Assembly (NCBI RefSeq): GCF_046105845.1 | Contig: NZ_CP151004.1 | Length of the DNA: 64,000 nt | Strand: one strand, 5' to 3' | DNA from: Escherichia coli | Lineage (GTDB): Bacteria; Pseudomonadota; Gammaproteobacteria; Enterobacterales; Enterobacteriaceae | Part shown: positions 36,064 to 50,838 of the stretch, piece after piece | Layout: every line of letters begins with the position of its first letter | How positions within the stretch are numbered: position 1 is the stretch's first letter | Translations under genes and position numbers: made by a program | Notes under the pieces: model-generated | Told to the model about the DNA's origin: nothing | The model's database searches: none | What the model saw: only the letters and a program-made list of their open reading frames with translations

Positions 36064-36984
36064 TTACCCCTTGCCTTTTACACTGCTGATAAAGGTGGAA
36101 CGGGCAGATGTTGACCCCAGGCGTTCAGCTTCATCAAGCAGTTTTAATGCCTTATCAACATCACCTTTCGCGACAGCGTTTTTGATCGCGGTATTAAAAT
36201 AACTTTCCGTGTCGTTGAGCATCGGCTCGCTTTTCTTCACCGGTGCCGGAGCGGGTGCAGCCACAGCTGGTGCCGCCGTGTTGCCTACCGTAACCGGAGC
36301 TGGAGCGGAAGAACCAAATAGAGGCCCGACCAACACGCTAGAACTGGAGTTCGTTTTGACTTTCAGTTTCAGTAAGCCATCGGTGGTATGACGAGCAACC
36401 GGGTCAGGAATATCCGGGATCGAGTTACCGACGCCTTTGGCATAGGCTTTAGCCGGGTCGAGCAGTTGGGTCGTCTGCTGGAGATCTTTTTCCGTGGTAA
36501 AGACCAAAACATAAAGTTTTTGCTGCCCCAACGCCGGTGTCAGGCGCATAACGCCTTCCAGCCGATCTGCACTCATCACGCCTGGTTCCTGGTAGGTGAA
36601 ATAACTGCTGGGGAAGAAGGCTGATGGGGTCATGTTCTGATCAAGAATCAGCACGTTCGGCGCAAAAACGCTGGTTTGTTTGTTCACTTCGCTGGTCAGC
36701 GTCAGGGTCAGTTCGCCAATGTTTGCCGGGACGCTGTACGCAGCAACCGGACCACTGATGCCGGGAACGTTCAGTTGTTGGCCGCCGGTCGCCAGTTGGG
36801 TGGTCTGGGTTTTAGATTGATCGACCGGTGTCCAGGTGAGTTGTTGCAGCGCGGCAGATGGAATGGCTGGCGCGTCGCTGGTGTTTTGCGGTACGTAGTT
36901 AACATCGGCAAGGCTGATTCCAGGCGCGCTTGCCAGTAACCCTGCTGATAAACAGAGGGCGATGAGACTTTTATTCATTTTCAT
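36064..36984 (-). CDS. malM: Maltose operon periplasmic protein MalM, 306 aa
   Basis: MKMNKSLIALCLSAGLLASAPGISLA signal peptide; last gene of the malK-lamB-malM operon. Confidence 0.93.
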   Translation of the reverse strand: MKMNKSLIALCLSAGLLASAPGISLADVNYVPQNTSDAPAIPSAALQQLTWTPVDQSKTQTTQLATGGQQLNVPGISGPVAAYSVPANIGELTLTLTSEVNKQTSVFAPNVLILDQNMTPSAFFPSSYFTYQEPGVMSADRLEGVMRLTPALGQQKLYVLVFTTEKDLQQTTQLLDPAKAYAKGVGNSIPDIPDPVARHTTDGLLKLKVKTNSSSSVLVGPLFGSSAPAPVTVGNTAAPAVAAPAPAPVKKSEPMLNDTESYFNTAIKNAVAKGDVDKALKLLDEAERLGSTSARSTFISSVKGKG

Positions 36985-37090
36985 TGTTTTCACCTCAAAA
37001 TCTGGAGCTCAGCGGTAGCCAGGCAATAGCGCGCTAAACCCGATAATCAGAGGGGCTTTCGCCCCTTTCAGATAATGACAACCTGTTTTT

Positions 37091-37123
37091 ATGCCGGATG
37101 CGGCGCAAGCACCTTATCCGGCC
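37091..37123. repeat. REP element between lamB and malM
   Basis: gccggatgcggcgcaagcaccttatccggcc. Confidence 0.8.
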
Positions 37124-37135
37124 CAGTTTTTGCTA

Positions 37136-38506
<1,371 letters not shown>

Positions 38507-38547
38507 TCACATCACCTGTGACAGGCTTTGTGTGTTTTGTGGGGTGC

Positions 38548-39663
38548 TTAAACGCCCGGCTCCTTATGCAGTCGACGACATGCAGTGCCATCCTCACGGA
38601 ACAGATGGCAACGCTCTGGCGGCAGGCCGATAGCGAATGTGGCACCTTCTTCTACCAACACCACGTCGTTCTGGCGGTACACCAGGTTTTGACGAATGGA
38701 AGGGATCTGGATATGGATTTGGGTTTCGTTGCCGAGTTGCTCGACGACCTGAACTTCACCCTCAAGGATGACGTCAGCGATATCACTCGGCAGTAGATGT
38801 TCCGGGCGAATACCCAGCGACATATTGGCTCCAACCTGGACATCACGGCTTTCAACAGGCAGCCAGACTTGCTGACGATTTGGCATCGGCAGCTCCACCT
38901 GCACTTGATCGATTGCGGTGGCGGTCACTTTTACCGGCAGGAAGTTCATCTTTGGCGAACCGATAAATCCGGCGACAAAACGGTCTGCCGGATAGTGGTA
39001 CAGCTCCAGCGGTTTCCCAACCTGCGCCACGCGACCAGCGTCCAGCACCACGATTTTGTCGGCCAGCGTCATCGCTTCGACCTGATCGTGGGTGACGTAA
39101 ATCATTGTGCGGCCCAGGCGTTTATGCAGACGGGAGATTTCGATACGCATTTGCACACGCAGTGCAGCATCGAGGTTGGAGAGCGGTTCATCGAGCAAAA
39201 ATACGCTTGGCTCGGCCACCAGCGTACGGCCAATCGCCACACGCTGACGCTGACCACCGGAGAGCGCTTTCGGTTTGCGATCCAGCAAATGCGCCAGTTG
39301 TAGCACTTCCGCCACCTGGTTGACGCGTTGGTTAATCACCTCTTTTTTTGCGCCTGCCAGTTTCAGGCCAAATGACATGTTTTCTGCTACTGACAGGTGG
39401 GGATAGAGCGCGTAAGACTGAAACACCATACCAACGCCGCGTTCTGCTGGCGGAGTGTCATTCATCCGTTTCTCACCGATGAACAGGTCGCCGCTGGTGA
39501 TCGTCTCAAGCCCGGCAATCATGCGCAGTAAAGTCGATTTACCGCAGCCAGACGGTCCGACAAACACCACGAATTCACCTTCATGGATATCGAGATTGAT
39601 ATCTTTCGATACCACGACCTCGCCCCAGGCTTTCGTTACATTTTGCAGCTGTACGCTCGCCAT
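38548..39663 (-). CDS. malK: Maltose ABC transporter ATP-binding protein MalK, 371 aa
   Basis: ATG at 39663 gives [44 protein letters not shown]... Confidence 0.97.
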   Translation of the reverse strand: MASVQLQNVTKAWGEVVVSKDINLDIHEGEFVVFVGPSGCGKSTLLRMIAGLETITSGDLFIGEKRMNDTPPAERGVGMVFQSYALYPHLSVAENMSFGLKLAGAKKEVINQRVNQVAEVLQLAHLLDRKPKALSGGQRQRVAIGRTLVAEPSVFLLDEPLSNLDAALRVQMRIEISRLHKRLGRTMIYVTHDQVEAMTLADKIVVLDAGRVAQVGKPLELYHYPADRFVAGFIGSPKMNFLPVKVTATAIDQVQVELPMPNRQQVWLPVESRDVQVGANMSLGIRPEHLLPSDIADVILEGEVQVVEQLGNETQIHIQIPSIRQNLVYRQNDVVLVEEGATFAIGLPPERCHLFREDGTACRRLHKEPGV

Positions 39664-41218
<1,555 letters not shown>

Positions 41219-41228
41219 TGCTGTGAAA

Positions 41229-41352
41229 TGCCGGATGCGGCGTGAACGCCTTGTCCGGCCTACAAAACCGAAACGTATGTAGGCCTGGTAAGGCGCGTCA
41301 GCGTCGCATCAGGCAGTTGTTGTCGGATAAGGCGTGAAAGCCTTATCCGTCC
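41229..41352. repeat. REP/BIME cluster in the malE-malF intergenic region
   Basis: Three REP-like palindromes (gccggatgcggcgtgaacgccttgtccggcc; ggcgcgtcagcgtcgcatcaggc; cggataaggcgtgaaagccttatccg). Confidence 0.85.
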
Positions 41353-41371
41353 TGGAATGAGGAAGAACCCC

Positions 41372-42916
41372 ATGGATGTCATTAAAAAGAAACATTGGTG
41401 GCAAAGCGACGCGCTGAAATGGTCAGTGCTAGGTCTGCTCGGCCTGCTGGTGGGTTACCTTGTTGTTTTAATGTACGCACAAGGGGAATACCTGTTCGCC
41501 ATTACCACGCTGATATTGAGTTCAGCGGGGCTGTATATTTTCGCCAATCGTAAAGCCTACGCCTGGCGCTATGTTTACCCGGGAATGGCTGGAATGGGAT
41601 TATTCGTCCTCTTCCCTCTGGTCTGCACCATCGCCATTGCCTTCACCAACTACAGCAGCACTAACCAGCTGACTTTTGAACGTGCGCAGGAAGTGTTGCT
41701 AGATCGCTCCTGGCAAGCAGGCAAAACCTATAATTTTGGTCTTTACCCGGCGGGCGATGAGTGGCAACTGGCGCTCAGCGACGGCGAAACCGGCAAAAAT
41801 TATCTCTCCGACGCATTTAAATTTGGCGGCGAGCAAAAACTGCAGCTGAAAGAAACGGCCGCCCAGCCTGAAGGCGAACGCGCGAATCTGCGCGTGATTA
41901 CCCAGAATCGTCAGGCGCTGAGTGACATTACCGCCATTCTGCCGGATGGCAACAAAGTGATGATGAGCTCCCTGCGCCAGTTTTCTGGCACGCAGCCGCT
42001 CTACACACTCGACGGTGACGGTACGTTGACGAATAATCAGAGCGGCGTGAAATATCGTCCGAATAACCAAATTGGCTTTTACCAGTCCATTACCGCCGAC
42101 GGCAACTGGGGCGATGAAAAGCTAAGCCCCGGTTACACCGTGACCACCGGCTGGAAAAACTTTACCCGCGTCTTTACCGACGAAGGCATTCAGAAACCGT
42201 TCCTCGCCATTTTCGTTTGGACCGTGGTGTTCTCGCTGATCACCGTCTTTTTAACGGTGGCGGTCGGCATGGTTCTGGCGTGTCTGGTGCAGTGGGAAGC
42301 GTTGCGCGGCAAAGCGGTCTATCGCGTCCTGCTGATTCTGCCCTACGCGGTGCCATCGTTCATTTCAATCTTGATTTTCAAAGGGTTGTTTAACCAGAGC
42401 TTCGGTGAGATCAACATGATGTTGAGCGCGCTGTTTGGCGTGAAGCCCGCCTGGTTCAGCGATCCGACCACCGCCCGAACGATGCTGATTATCGTCAATA
42501 CCTGGCTGGGTTATCCGTACATGATGATCCTCTGCATGGGCTTGCTGAAAGCGATTCCGGACGATTTGTATGAAGCCTCAGCAATGGATGGCGCAGGTCC
42601 ATTCCAGAACTTCTTTAAGATTACGCTGCCGCTGCTGATTAAACCGCTGACGCCGCTGATGATCGCCAGCTTTGCCTTTAACTTTAACAACTTCGTGCTG
42701 ATTCAACTGTTAACCAACGGCGGCCCGGATCGTCTTGGCACGACCACGCCAGCCGGTTATACCGACCTGCTTGTTAACTACACCTACCGCATCGCTTTTG
42801 AAGGCGGCGGGGGTCAGGACTTCGGTCTGGCAGCAGCAATTGCCACGCTGATCTTCCTGCTGGTGGGCGCGCTGGCGATAGTGAACCTGAAAGCCACGCG
42901 AATGAAGTTTGATTAA
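41372..42916 (+). CDS. malF: Maltose ABC transporter permease MalF, 514 aa
   Basis: ATG at 41372 gives [24 protein letters not shown]...; large periplasmic P2 loop; EAA motif (EASAMDGAG). Confidence 0.96.
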   Translation: MDVIKKKHWWQSDALKWSVLGLLGLLVGYLVVLMYAQGEYLFAITTLILSSAGLYIFANRKAYAWRYVYPGMAGMGLFVLFPLVCTIAIAFTNYSSTNQLTFERAQEVLLDRSWQAGKTYNFGLYPAGDEWQLALSDGETGKNYLSDAFKFGGEQKLQLKETAAQPEGERANLRVITQNRQALSDITAILPDGNKVMMSSLRQFSGTQPLYTLDGDGTLTNNQSGVKYRPNNQIGFYQSITADGNWGDEKLSPGYTVTTGWKNFTRVFTDEGIQKPFLAIFVWTVVFSLITVFLTVAVGMVLACLVQWEALRGKAVYRVLLILPYAVPSFISILIFKGLFNQSFGEINMMLSALFGVKPAWFSDPTTARTMLIIVNTWLGYPYMMILCMGLLKAIPDDLYEASAMDGAGPFQNFFKITLPLLIKPLTPLMIASFAFNFNNFVLIQLLTNGGPDRLGTTTPAGYTDLLVNYTYRIAFEGGGGQDFGLAAAIATLIFLLVGALAIVNLKATRMKFD

Positions 42917-42930
42917 GGGAGATAACAAAA

Positions 42931-43821
42931 ATGGCAATGGTCCAACCGAAATCGCAAAAAGCACGTTTGTTTATTACTCACCTGCTACTGCTACTTTTTA
43001 TCGCGGCGATTATGTTCCCGCTGCTGATGGTCGTCGCTATCTCACTGCGTCAGGGAAACTTCGCGACTGGCAGCCTGATCCCGGAGCAAATCTCCTGGGA
43101 TCACTGGAAACTGGCATTAGGTTTTAGCGTGGAACAGGCTGATGGTCGCGTTACACCGCCGCCGTTTCCGGTACTGCTATGGCTGTGGAACTCGGTAAAG
43201 GTCGCCGGGATTTCCGCGATTGGCATTGTGGCGCTCTCCACCACCTGCGCCTACGCTTTCGCCCGTATGCGCTTTCCAGGCAAAGCGACGCTGCTGAAAG
43301 GAATGCTGATTTTCCAGATGTTCCCGGCAGTACTTTCACTGGTCGCGTTGTATGCGTTGTTTGATCGTCTGGGTGAGTACATTCCATTCATTGGCCTGAA
43401 TACACACGGCGGCGTAATTTTCGCGTATCTGGGTGGGATTGCGCTGCATGTCTGGACCATCAAAGGCTATTTCGAAACCATCGACAGTTCGCTGGAAGAA
43501 GCGGCGGCGCTGGATGGTGCGACACCGTGGCAGGCCTTCCGCCTTGTCCTGTTGCCGCTGTCAGTACCGATTCTGGCGGTGGTGTTCATTCTGTCGTTTA
43601 TCGCTGCCATTACTGAAGTTCCGGTCGCATCGCTGTTACTGCGTGACGTAAATAGCTACACCCTGGCCGTGGGGATGCAGCAATACCTCAACCCGCAAAA
43701 CTACCTGTGGGGTGACTTTGCCGCCGCTGCCGTGATGTCTGCATTACCGATCACCATCGTCTTCTTGCTGGCTCAACGCTGGCTGGTCAACGGCCTGACG
43801 GCAGGTGGTGTGAAAGGTTAA
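42931..43821 (+). CDS. malG: Maltose ABC transporter permease MalG, 296 aa
   Basis: [39 protein letters not shown]... Confidence 0.97.
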   Translation: MAMVQPKSQKARLFITHLLLLLFIAAIMFPLLMVVAISLRQGNFATGSLIPEQISWDHWKLALGFSVEQADGRVTPPPFPVLLWLWNSVKVAGISAIGIVALSTTCAYAFARMRFPGKATLLKGMLIFQMFPAVLSLVALYALFDRLGEYIPFIGLNTHGGVIFAYLGGIALHVWTIKGYFETIDSSLEEAAALDGATPWQAFRLVLLPLSVPILAVVFILSFIAAITEVPVASLLLRDVNSYTLAVGMQQYLNPQNYLWGDFAAAAVMSALPITIVFLLAQRWLVNGLTAGGVKG

Positions 43822-43891
43822 AGATGTTGTTCTGCCAATGTTATGCCGCTGCACCCTCAACTTACGTTATCCCAACTTGTGACTGTTATTC

Positions 43892-43917
43892 GGCGCTCCA
43901 CGGAGCGCCTTTTTTTC
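43892..43917 (+). terminator. Intrinsic terminator after malG
   Basis: ggcgctcc-acgg-agcgcc followed by tttttttc. Confidence 0.85.
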
Positions 43918-44192
43918 TTTCGTCTGCAATCTGAATCGTTCGCCAGTTAATATTTCCATCATAGAGCTTATTATTTTTACGTTATTTGTTTTCCCACTTA
44001 CGATAATTCTCTTTCGTGCTCTGAGTCACGGCAATAGTATTGTTTTCATCAATTTTAGATAATTATCACAATTAAGATCACAGAAAAGACATTACGTAAA
44101 CGCATTGTAAAAAATGATAATTGCCTTAACTGCCTGACAATTCCAACATCAATGCACTGATAAAAGATCAGAATGGTCTAAGGCAGGTCTGA

Positions 44193-45668
44193 ATGAATAC
44201 CCAGTATAATTCCAGTTATATATTTTCGATTACCTTAGTCGCTACATTAGGTGGTTTATTATTTGGCTACGACACTGCCGTTATTTCCGGTACTGTTGAG
44301 TCACTCAATACCGTCTTTGTTGCTCCACAAAACTTAAGTGAATCCGCTGCCAACTCCCTGTTAGGATTTTGCGTAGCCAGCGCTCTGATTGGTTGCATCA
44401 TCGGCGGTGCCCTCGGTGGTTATTGCAGTAACCGCTTCGGTCGTCGTGATTCACTTAAGATTGCTGCTGTCCTGTTTTTTATTTCTGGTGTAGGTTCTGC
44501 CTGGCCAGAACTTGGTTTTACCTCTATAAACCCGGACAACACAGTGCCTGTTTATCTGGCAGGTTATGTCCCGGAATTTGTTATTTATCGCATTATTGGC
44601 GGTATTGGCGTTGGTTTAGCCTCAATGCTCTCGCCAATGTATATTGCGGAACTGGCTCCAGCTCATATTCGCGGGAAACTGGTCTCTTTTAACCAGTTTG
44701 CGATTATTTTCGGGCAACTTTTAGTTTACTGCGTAAACTATTTTATTGCCCGTTCCGGTGATGCCAGCTGGCTGAATACTGACGGCTGGCGTTATATGTT
44801 TGCCTCGGAATGTATCCCTGCACTGCTGTTCTTAATGCTGCTGTATACCGTGCCAGAAAGTCCTCGCTGGCTGATGTCACGCGGCAAGCAAGAACAGGCG
44901 GAAGGTATCCTGCGCAAAATTATGGGCAACACGCTTGCAACTCAGGCAGTACAGGAAATTAAACACTCTCTGGATCATGGCCGCAAAACCGGTGGTCGTC
45001 TGCTGATGTTTGGCGTGGGCGTGATTGTAATCGGCGTTATGCTCTCCATCTTCCAGCAATTTGTCGGCATCAATGTGGTGCTGTACTACGCGCCGGAAGT
45101 GTTCAAAACGCTGGGGGCCAGCACGGATATCGCGCTGTTGCAGACCATTATTGTCGGAGTTATCAACCTCACCTTCACCGTTCTGGCAATTATGACGGTG
45201 GATAAATTTGGTCGTAAGCCACTGCAAATTATCGGCGCACTCGGAATGGCAATCGGTATGTTTAGCCTCGGTACCGCGTTTTACACTCAGGCACCGGGTA
45301 TTGTGGCGCTTCTGTCGATGCTGTTCTATGTTGCCGCCTTTGCCATGTCCTGGGGTCCGGTATGCTGGGTACTGCTGTCGGAAATCTTCCCGAATGCTAT
45401 TCGTGGTAAAGCGCTGGCAATCGCGGTGGCGGCCCAGTGGCTGGCGAACTACTTCGTCTCCTGGACCTTCCCGATGATGGACAAAAACTCCTGGCTGGTA
45501 GCCCATTTCCACAACGGTTTCTCCTACTGGATTTACGGTTGTATGGGCGTTCTGGCAGCACTGTTTATGTGGAAATTTGTCCCGGAAACCAAAGGTAAAA
45601 CCCTTGAGGAGCTGGAAGCCCTCTGGGAACCGGAAACGAAGAAAACACAACAAACTGCTACGCTGTAA
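44193..45668 (+). CDS. xylE: D-xylose:H+ symporter (MFS sugar porter), 491 aa
   Basis: MNTQYNSSYIFSITLVATLGGLLFGYDTAVISG...; sugar-porter signature motifs. Confidence 0.97.
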   Translation: MNTQYNSSYIFSITLVATLGGLLFGYDTAVISGTVESLNTVFVAPQNLSESAANSLLGFCVASALIGCIIGGALGGYCSNRFGRRDSLKIAAVLFFISGVGSAWPELGFTSINPDNTVPVYLAGYVPEFVIYRIIGGIGVGLASMLSPMYIAELAPAHIRGKLVSFNQFAIIFGQLLVYCVNYFIARSGDASWLNTDGWRYMFASECIPALLFLMLLYTVPESPRWLMSRGKQEQAEGILRKIMGNTLATQAVQEIKHSLDHGRKTGGRLLMFGVGVIVIGVMLSIFQQFVGINVVLYYAPEVFKTLGASTDIALLQTIIVGVINLTFTVLAIMTVDKFGRKPLQIIGALGMAIGMFSLGTAFYTQAPGIVALLSMLFYVAAFAMSWGPVCWVLLSEIFPNAIRGKALAIAVAAQWLANYFVSWTFPMMDKNSWLVAHFHNGFSYWIYGCMGVLAALFMWKFVPETKGKTLEELEALWEPETKKTQQTATL

Positions 45669-45678
45669 TCTTCCTGTC

Positions 45679-45713
45679 CAGCACGCCGCGCCAGTTCGGC
45701 GTGCTGTCTTTTT
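45679..45713. terminator. Bidirectional terminator between xylE and psiE
   Basis: cagcacgccg-cgccagtt-cggcgtgctg followed by tcttttt. Confidence 0.75.
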
Positions 45714-46122
45714 ACTCCCGCTTCAGCCGTTTCGAATTACACAGCCACAGGGTGATCACCAGTAACAGGATCGCTGCCGAGTAGATCAACACATCCAGTG
45801 GCGATTTATGATCGACGATGATCAAGCGCACAATGGCGGTGATCCCAATATAGACAAAGTAACGTAGCGGGAAGTGAAAACCGGACTGAAAGTACTTCAC
45901 AATCAGCGCGATAAATTCGAAATAGAGAAAGTAAACCACCAGCCCTTCTACCAGCTCATATTTGCTGGTTTGTTCTGGCGCGAACAGCACATCAGCCAGA
46001 TGCACCGTTTCTTTGCCGAGGAAGACAACCAAAATCAGGCCGAGGCACAGCAGGCCAAGATTGAGTACGGTCTGCAAAATGGTGGAGATAAACTCCACGC
46101 GCGGACGAGAGAGTGACGTCAT
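45712..46122 (-). CDS. psiE: Phosphate-starvation-inducible inner-membrane protein PsiE, 136 aa
   Basis: [39 protein letters not shown]... Confidence 0.93.
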
Positions 46123-46336
46123 AGCAGTACCTCCTTCACAGTGGCGAGCTTCCTGTATAACGCAAAAATGTGACGGAGATCTATATTTTTTGTGTATGTT
46201 TTGTTCAGCTCAATTAAGTGGGCATCTCCCATCAACGTCGCATCTGACAAAACATACAGCCAAAAAAAATCACCCATTCAGGTGATTCCCAGCCACCAGC
46301 AATGCGCGAAAAATCGACAATGTTCCTCTGGAACAA

Positions 46337-46615
46337 ATGAAACGTAACCTGATAAAGGTGGTAAAAATGAAGCCTTATTTTGCTGCTTTGATGTTATCAG
46401 TCTCTGTTCTTCCTGCTTATGCTGGTCCGCTCGGTACTGCTGATAAAGCCGACCTACCGCAAAGCAATGTCTCCAGCCCAATGATGGCCCAGTCGCTCAG
46501 GCAACCAGACCTGCAACCGATATCGACGGACAGGAAGACAGAATGTTTTCGCCTTTACACACCAGATCGCAAACCGGGGGTGAACTGCGTTCCTGATGGC
46601 TCAACAGGCCATTAA
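46337..46615 (+). CDS. Small putative secreted protein (92 aa, or 82 aa from the ATG at 46367)
   Basis: MKPYFAALMLSVSVLPAYA looks like a cleavable signal peptide; AAGGTGG before the 46367 ATG. Confidence 0.5.
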   Translation: MKRNLIKVVKMKPYFAALMLSVSVLPAYAGPLGTADKADLPQSNVSSPMMAQSLRQPDLQPISTDRKTECFRLYTPDRKPGVNCVPDGSTGH

Positions 46616-46661
46616 GAATGAGGGTGCCAGTGAGTGCGAAAACTGGCACCTTTTCCAAGAC

Positions 46662-48758
46662 TTAGCGGAAATTGACGCTACGGTCGCTGGTCATGTCATA
46701 CAACTGGAACTTACGCCCAAGTTGCTGACCACCGTCACGCGTCAGCGGCGTCCAGCCAATTGCCGCACGGCTGCGTGTCGGGCCAGACGAGAAGAGATCC
46801 AGCGGTACAGAGACATACACGCCTTTGGTAAAGTCCCCTTCGCCGTACTCCTCTTTCGAAACATTCGTGATCGTGGCATAGCCACCCACCACCACGCCGC
46901 TATCAAAGCGTTTGGCGATCTCCAGCGTGCCGCCTTTATCCCCTGCCAGATACTGCCCGACGCTCGCTTTCACTAACACATCCTGAGCGAAAGATGGCGT
47001 CCAGTATGCGGTCAGATGTCCGGTTTTCACGCTGTAGTCGGTGAATTTCATCATATCTTTTGCGCTACGCCAGTCGCGCTGTTTAACGTAGTTGGCATCC
47101 AGACCAAACGCCCAGTTGCTGTCCAGCGGGCGATACAACACTTCTGCCCCCGCACCGCCAAACATGGTTTCGAGATAACCACCGTAGACCTGACCGTAGA
47201 AGCCGTTGCCCAGATGCTGGAAGTAGTTGGCTTGCAGGTTATTCACATAGACATCGTTCTGCACATACTCGCGCACATGGGTACGAACGCGCGGTAAGTG
47301 CGAGTCCTGCGGCGGGTTGGTGTAGTTAAACTTGTCGTAGTTGTTGGCAAGATTTGCAAACAGGCTGCCGGTGGTGAGCAGATGGTCCGTCAGCCATACA
47401 TCCGCCGTTCCCATCACGCCCAGCTGATACATGTAAAAGTTTTCCGGGCCACCGACCGACTGGTTCAGCACCGGATCGATATGGAAATCAAAGCGTGATT
47501 TGTCGATATACCAGCCCTGCTCGGTGGACTGCGGAACCACTGGCTCGACGCGTTTTTGCGCCAGCGTCGTTTCGTGGCCCAACGGCTCTCCGCCGAGATG
47601 ATTTTTCAGGCTGGCGACATCGGTTTCCGTCGTCACCTGCGGCATGTTAAGGCGATTTTCCGTAATGCGGATCGTTTTGATCCCATCCGGCAGATCGTTC
47701 ATCACGATCCGATTAGCACGGATGATCCCTTCGCGCGAATCACGATATTTCACCTGCTCGCCGGTAACATACAGCGTATCGCCTTTCGCCTGGATCTGCG
47801 GATCGGCCAGTCCGGCGTTGTATTTCAACAGCGTTAACTGATTCGCCACCACCGAGTGCTGCAAAATGGCATCCTGCGGCTGCGGTTGATATTGCGGGCG
47901 GGCGTTATCGTTGTAAGACGGGCGCAGATCGTTAAAGTTGGTGCGCAACGTAACGCCAAACATAAAGGTGTTGCCACGTTCATAGCTAAGGTTAACGTCG
48001 GCCCAATCGGTAACGCGATAAATCGCACCGACGTTAAACTTACTTTTTTGCTCCAGCTTCCCGGCAAAATCCTGCTGATAATTATTGCCTTCATACTCCA
48101 GTTTCAGGCGCAGCGGTTGCCAGGGCGTCTGGTATTCCACGCCGCCAAACAGTGAGGTCGGGCCGTGGAACATCTGGCTACCGTCGATAGATCCCGCCTG
48201 TTTGTAGCTGTTATCGCGATAGCAAAATTTATCACTGGCTGAACAGAGCGGATTTTTCACATTACCGCTGGTGCCCAGATATCCCCAGCCCAGGCCGAGC
48301 GTAAAATCGAACGGCCCCCAGGCTTTGCTGGCAACAAGATATTCCGCATCAAACAGCCCCGTACCGCCGATATCCCGCGCACCAACCGCCACTTGCGGCA
48401 GCCAGTAACTCTCTTCCCACAAACGCAGTTTGAGATCGAAGGCTTTATCTTTATACGTTTGATCACCAGAGAACGCTTCGACGCTGCTGTACTGCCGGGT
48501 GCGCACATCGGTATAGCGCAGCGTTGTTTCCAGCCACGGGAAGAGTTGCACTGAAGCTGAGTAATAACGGTACTGATCGTTATCGCGATAGTTCAAACTC
48601 AACTCCCCTTCCCGCGCCATGCGGGCGGTAGGCGTTTGTAATAATCCTACGCCACCGAAATCCGACTGCGACGGACCAATGGGCGCAGGATATGTTTCGC
48701 CGTAGCAAGCTGTGCTAATGCCCAGCGCCAGTAAGCTAAGCAGATGTCTTTTTTTCAT
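46662..48758 (-). CDS. yjbH: YjbH, outer-membrane component of the yjbEFGH polysaccharide system, 698 aa
   Basis: [20 protein letters not shown] signal peptide; beta-rich 698-aa protein; last gene of yjbEFGH. Confidence 0.9.
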   Translation of the reverse strand: MKKRHLLSLLALGISTACYGETYPAPIGPSQSDFGGVGLLQTPTARMAREGELSLNYRDNDQYRYYSASVQLFPWLETTLRYTDVRTRQYSSVEAFSGDQTYKDKAFDLKLRLWEESYWLPQVAVGARDIGGTGLFDAEYLVASKAWGPFDFTLGLGWGYLGTSGNVKNPLCSASDKFCYRDNSYKQAGSIDGSQMFHGPTSLFGGVEYQTPWQPLRLKLEYEGNNYQQDFAGKLEQKSKFNVGAIYRVTDWADVNLSYERGNTFMFGVTLRTNFNDLRPSYNDNARPQYQPQPQDAILQHSVVANQLTLLKYNAGLADPQIQAKGDTLYVTGEQVKYRDSREGIIRANRIVMNDLPDGIKTIRITENRLNMPQVTTETDVASLKNHLGGEPLGHETTLAQKRVEPVVPQSTEQGWYIDKSRFDFHIDPVLNQSVGGPENFYMYQLGVMGTADVWLTDHLLTTGSLFANLANNYDKFNYTNPPQDSHLPRVRTHVREYVQNDVYVNNLQANYFQHLGNGFYGQVYGGYLETMFGGAGAEVLYRPLDSNWAFGLDANYVKQRDWRSAKDMMKFTDYSVKTGHLTAYWTPSFAQDVLVKASVGQYLAGDKGGTLEIAKRFDSGVVVGGYATITNVSKEEYGEGDFTKGVYVSVPLDLFSSGPTRSRAAIGWTPLTRDGGQQLGRKFQLYDMTSDRSVNFR

Positions 48759-49495
48759 TATTGAGGTATCCGCTGCGTCAGAGTCTGAAGAATGTCGGCG
48801 TTAAGGGCATCAGGCGTCTCACTCCAGACGGAGTCCGCGAGGCCAACATAAATAATGCTGCCGGGCATCGGCTCTACGTGACGCTTGTTCCAGTAAGCCA
48901 CCGGCGCTTTTTGCGTGCGTCCGTCCGGGTAAACCACCCACGCGTAGCTGCGATCCGCACCGCTGAGCAGGTTCTGGCCGGAGAGATAGCTCGCCACGTC
49001 GCGACCTGGAGTGAATGGCTGCTTGCCAGGACGGCTGATAAGCCCGAACAACGTGACCGTGGACGGCGGTGGTCCGACCCACAGCGTGTAGTTACCCTGC
49101 AACGGCGGGTTACCGCGTTCGGCAACGCGGACGATATCGGGATCAAGATTGATTTTTTGCCTGCCCGTCACTTTCAACGCCTGAATTTGCTGGCGTAAGG
49201 CGTTAATCGCAGCGGCATCGTCGGCGCTGGAGTCTGCGGCCAGTTCTGCCAGCCGTGTCAGCAACGCCTGCTGCTGACGCAATGCTGCCGCCGTTGCCAG
49301 CTCTTCGCTAATCACCGCACCAGGCCACCAGCTGTTTGCCAGCCGCGGTTGGCCTACCAGATCGATTAAATGCTCTGCGCCCGTTAGCGTCTTGGCCTCA
49401 CTGCTGCCATTGCTGAACACCTTGACGGTTCCTGCTGCGAAGACCGATGACGCTCCCACACTCAAAAGCAACGCGACAATAGTTTGTTTAATCAT
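48758..49495 (-). CDS. yjbG: YjbG periplasmic protein, 245 aa
   Basis: ATG at 49495 gives [20 protein letters not shown] signal peptide; stop overlaps the yjbH start. Confidence 0.85.
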   Translation of the reverse strand: MIKQTIVALLLSVGASSVFAAGTVKVFSNGSSEAKTLTGAEHLIDLVGQPRLANSWWPGAVISEELATAAALRQQQALLTRLAELAADSSADDAAAINALRQQIQALKVTGRQKINLDPDIVRVAERGNPPLQGNYTLWVGPPPSTVTLFGLISRPGKQPFTPGRDVASYLSGQNLLSGADRSYAWVVYPDGRTQKAPVAYWNKRHVEPMPGSIIYVGLADSVWSETPDALNADILQTLTQRIPQ

Positions 49496-50130
49496 TGTTT
49501 TGCCGCCTTGATGAGGGTGGTTTTCACCGGGAAATAATCCGCGCCGAGATACTGTTCCGACTGGCGAATTTGCCCTTCGCTGTCGATCCAATAGCGGTTA
49601 TGCCAGCGCGCCTGGTCGGTGGAGACGTTTTCGTCCAGCACGCGAACCGGAGTTTCATCGCTGCCGACTTTGACGGTATCGGTGCCATCCCATTTGAAGA
49701 CTGAGCGTGCGGTGGCGTAGCGTACCTGCTGGTACTCGGTCCAGCCCATCGTGCGCGTCCAGGTTGCACCATCAACAATTTGTGCGGGTTTAATCAGCGG
49801 GTCGGCGGCAAGGTTATTCACTTCAATCAGGTTGTCGCCGCCAAGCAAAGTCTTCACCAGACGACCATGTTGTGTGACGAGAGTGGCCTGATCCTGAGTG
49901 ACCCATTTTTGTTGTCCGTCTTCAGCGAAGGCCAGCACCACAAACAATTGCGGCCCGCCATTAAGCTGCATGTACTGGCTGGCGTAGGGCATATTTTGAA
50001 TATCATCGTCCGTCAGCTGTACGCCTGGCGTGCCGAACAGACTGTCCCACAGTGAATTGCCCAGCTCTTTAGTCGTGGCTGAACAGGCCTGTAATAGCAG
50101 GCAGATAAGAATGAGTGCAGGTCGCTTCAC
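49492..50130 (-). CDS. yjbF: YjbF lipoprotein, 212 aa (GTG start)
   Basis: GTG at 50130 preceded by GGAGAAG; (M)KRPALILICLLLQACSA lipobox; stop overlaps the yjbG start. Confidence 0.8.
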   Translation of the reverse strand: MKRPALILICLLLQACSATTKELGNSLWDSLFGTPGVQLTDDDIQNMPYASQYMQLNGGPQLFVVLAFAEDGQQKWVTQDQATLVTQHGRLVKTLLGGDNLIEVNNLAADPLIKPAQIVDGATWTRTMGWTEYQQVRYATARSVFKWDGTDTVKVGSDETPVRVLDENVSTDQARWHNRYWIDSEGQIRQSEQYLGADYFPVKTTLIKAAKQ

Positions 50131-50242
50131 GACTCTTCTCCAGAGGGGCAGAATAACCACACCGGAGTGTGGTTATGGTAAATCCCTTCATATTTCAAGC
50201 CACAGATGCAATGACCCGAATTATTTTGGGATACATACTTTA

Positions 50243-50485
50243 TTACTGGGTACTGGTGGTCGTGGTTGTTGTGGTCCCGGTATTAGAACCATCACCGCCA
50301 CCGGTTGCCGCGAGCGCGACACCCACCGCCGAGCTTACGGTGCTGACGCTGGTCGCGGAGGAACTCCCCGCCGAAACCGACGTTGCTGCCGACCCTGCCG
50401 CTTCGCCCACCTGTACAGGTGCAGCCCACGCAGAAGTCGCCGCAAGCGCAGATATGGCAAAAATGCCATACAGAACTTTTTTCAT
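50243..50485 (-). CDS. yjbE: YjbE, small secreted low-complexity Ser/Thr/Gly/Ala-rich protein, 80 aa
   Basis: [21 protein letters not shown] signal peptide, then a low-complexity body ending [10 protein letters not shown]. Confidence 0.85.
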
Positions 50486-50794
50486 AACAATTTCCCTTCA
50501 TTGAATGAATGGAGATTTACCCAAAAACATTTCGGGCGGGATCGAGTATACACAACTAAAGCATGCGAATTACGGTGTGGGGAATTAGCGATGGGGTTTT
50601 AGGATAATTGGAATGAATATCAAATATAAGTTTCAACTTATATATAAATAAGATTAAAAATCAAAAAGTTAAAATAGAATCAAAAATAATCAACCTACGT
50701 ATTTTCCGAAATCAATCACGATTAAAAATTTATTTTAGGATTAAACTCACAGCATGATTTCCGTTAAATCACAGACAAGGGGATTTATCTGATA

Positions 50795-50827
50795 AAAAAT
50801 GCCGACATAACGTCGGCATTTTTATTA
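50795..50827. terminator. Bidirectional intrinsic terminator downstream of pgi
   Basis: aaaaaatgccgac-ataa-cgtcggcatttttatt. Confidence 0.85.
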
Positions 50828-50838
50828 AGGTTATTTAA

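Noticed and set aside
46123-46336. Pho box upstream of psiE
   Set aside because: Only a weak partial match (tgtgac) to the Pho-box consensus as I recall it; not confident enough to annotate.
50030-50602. 190-aa and 111-aa + strand ORFs
   Set aside because: Overlap the yjbF start and all of yjbE in antisense; yjbE has a signal peptide and a correct start on the minus strand.
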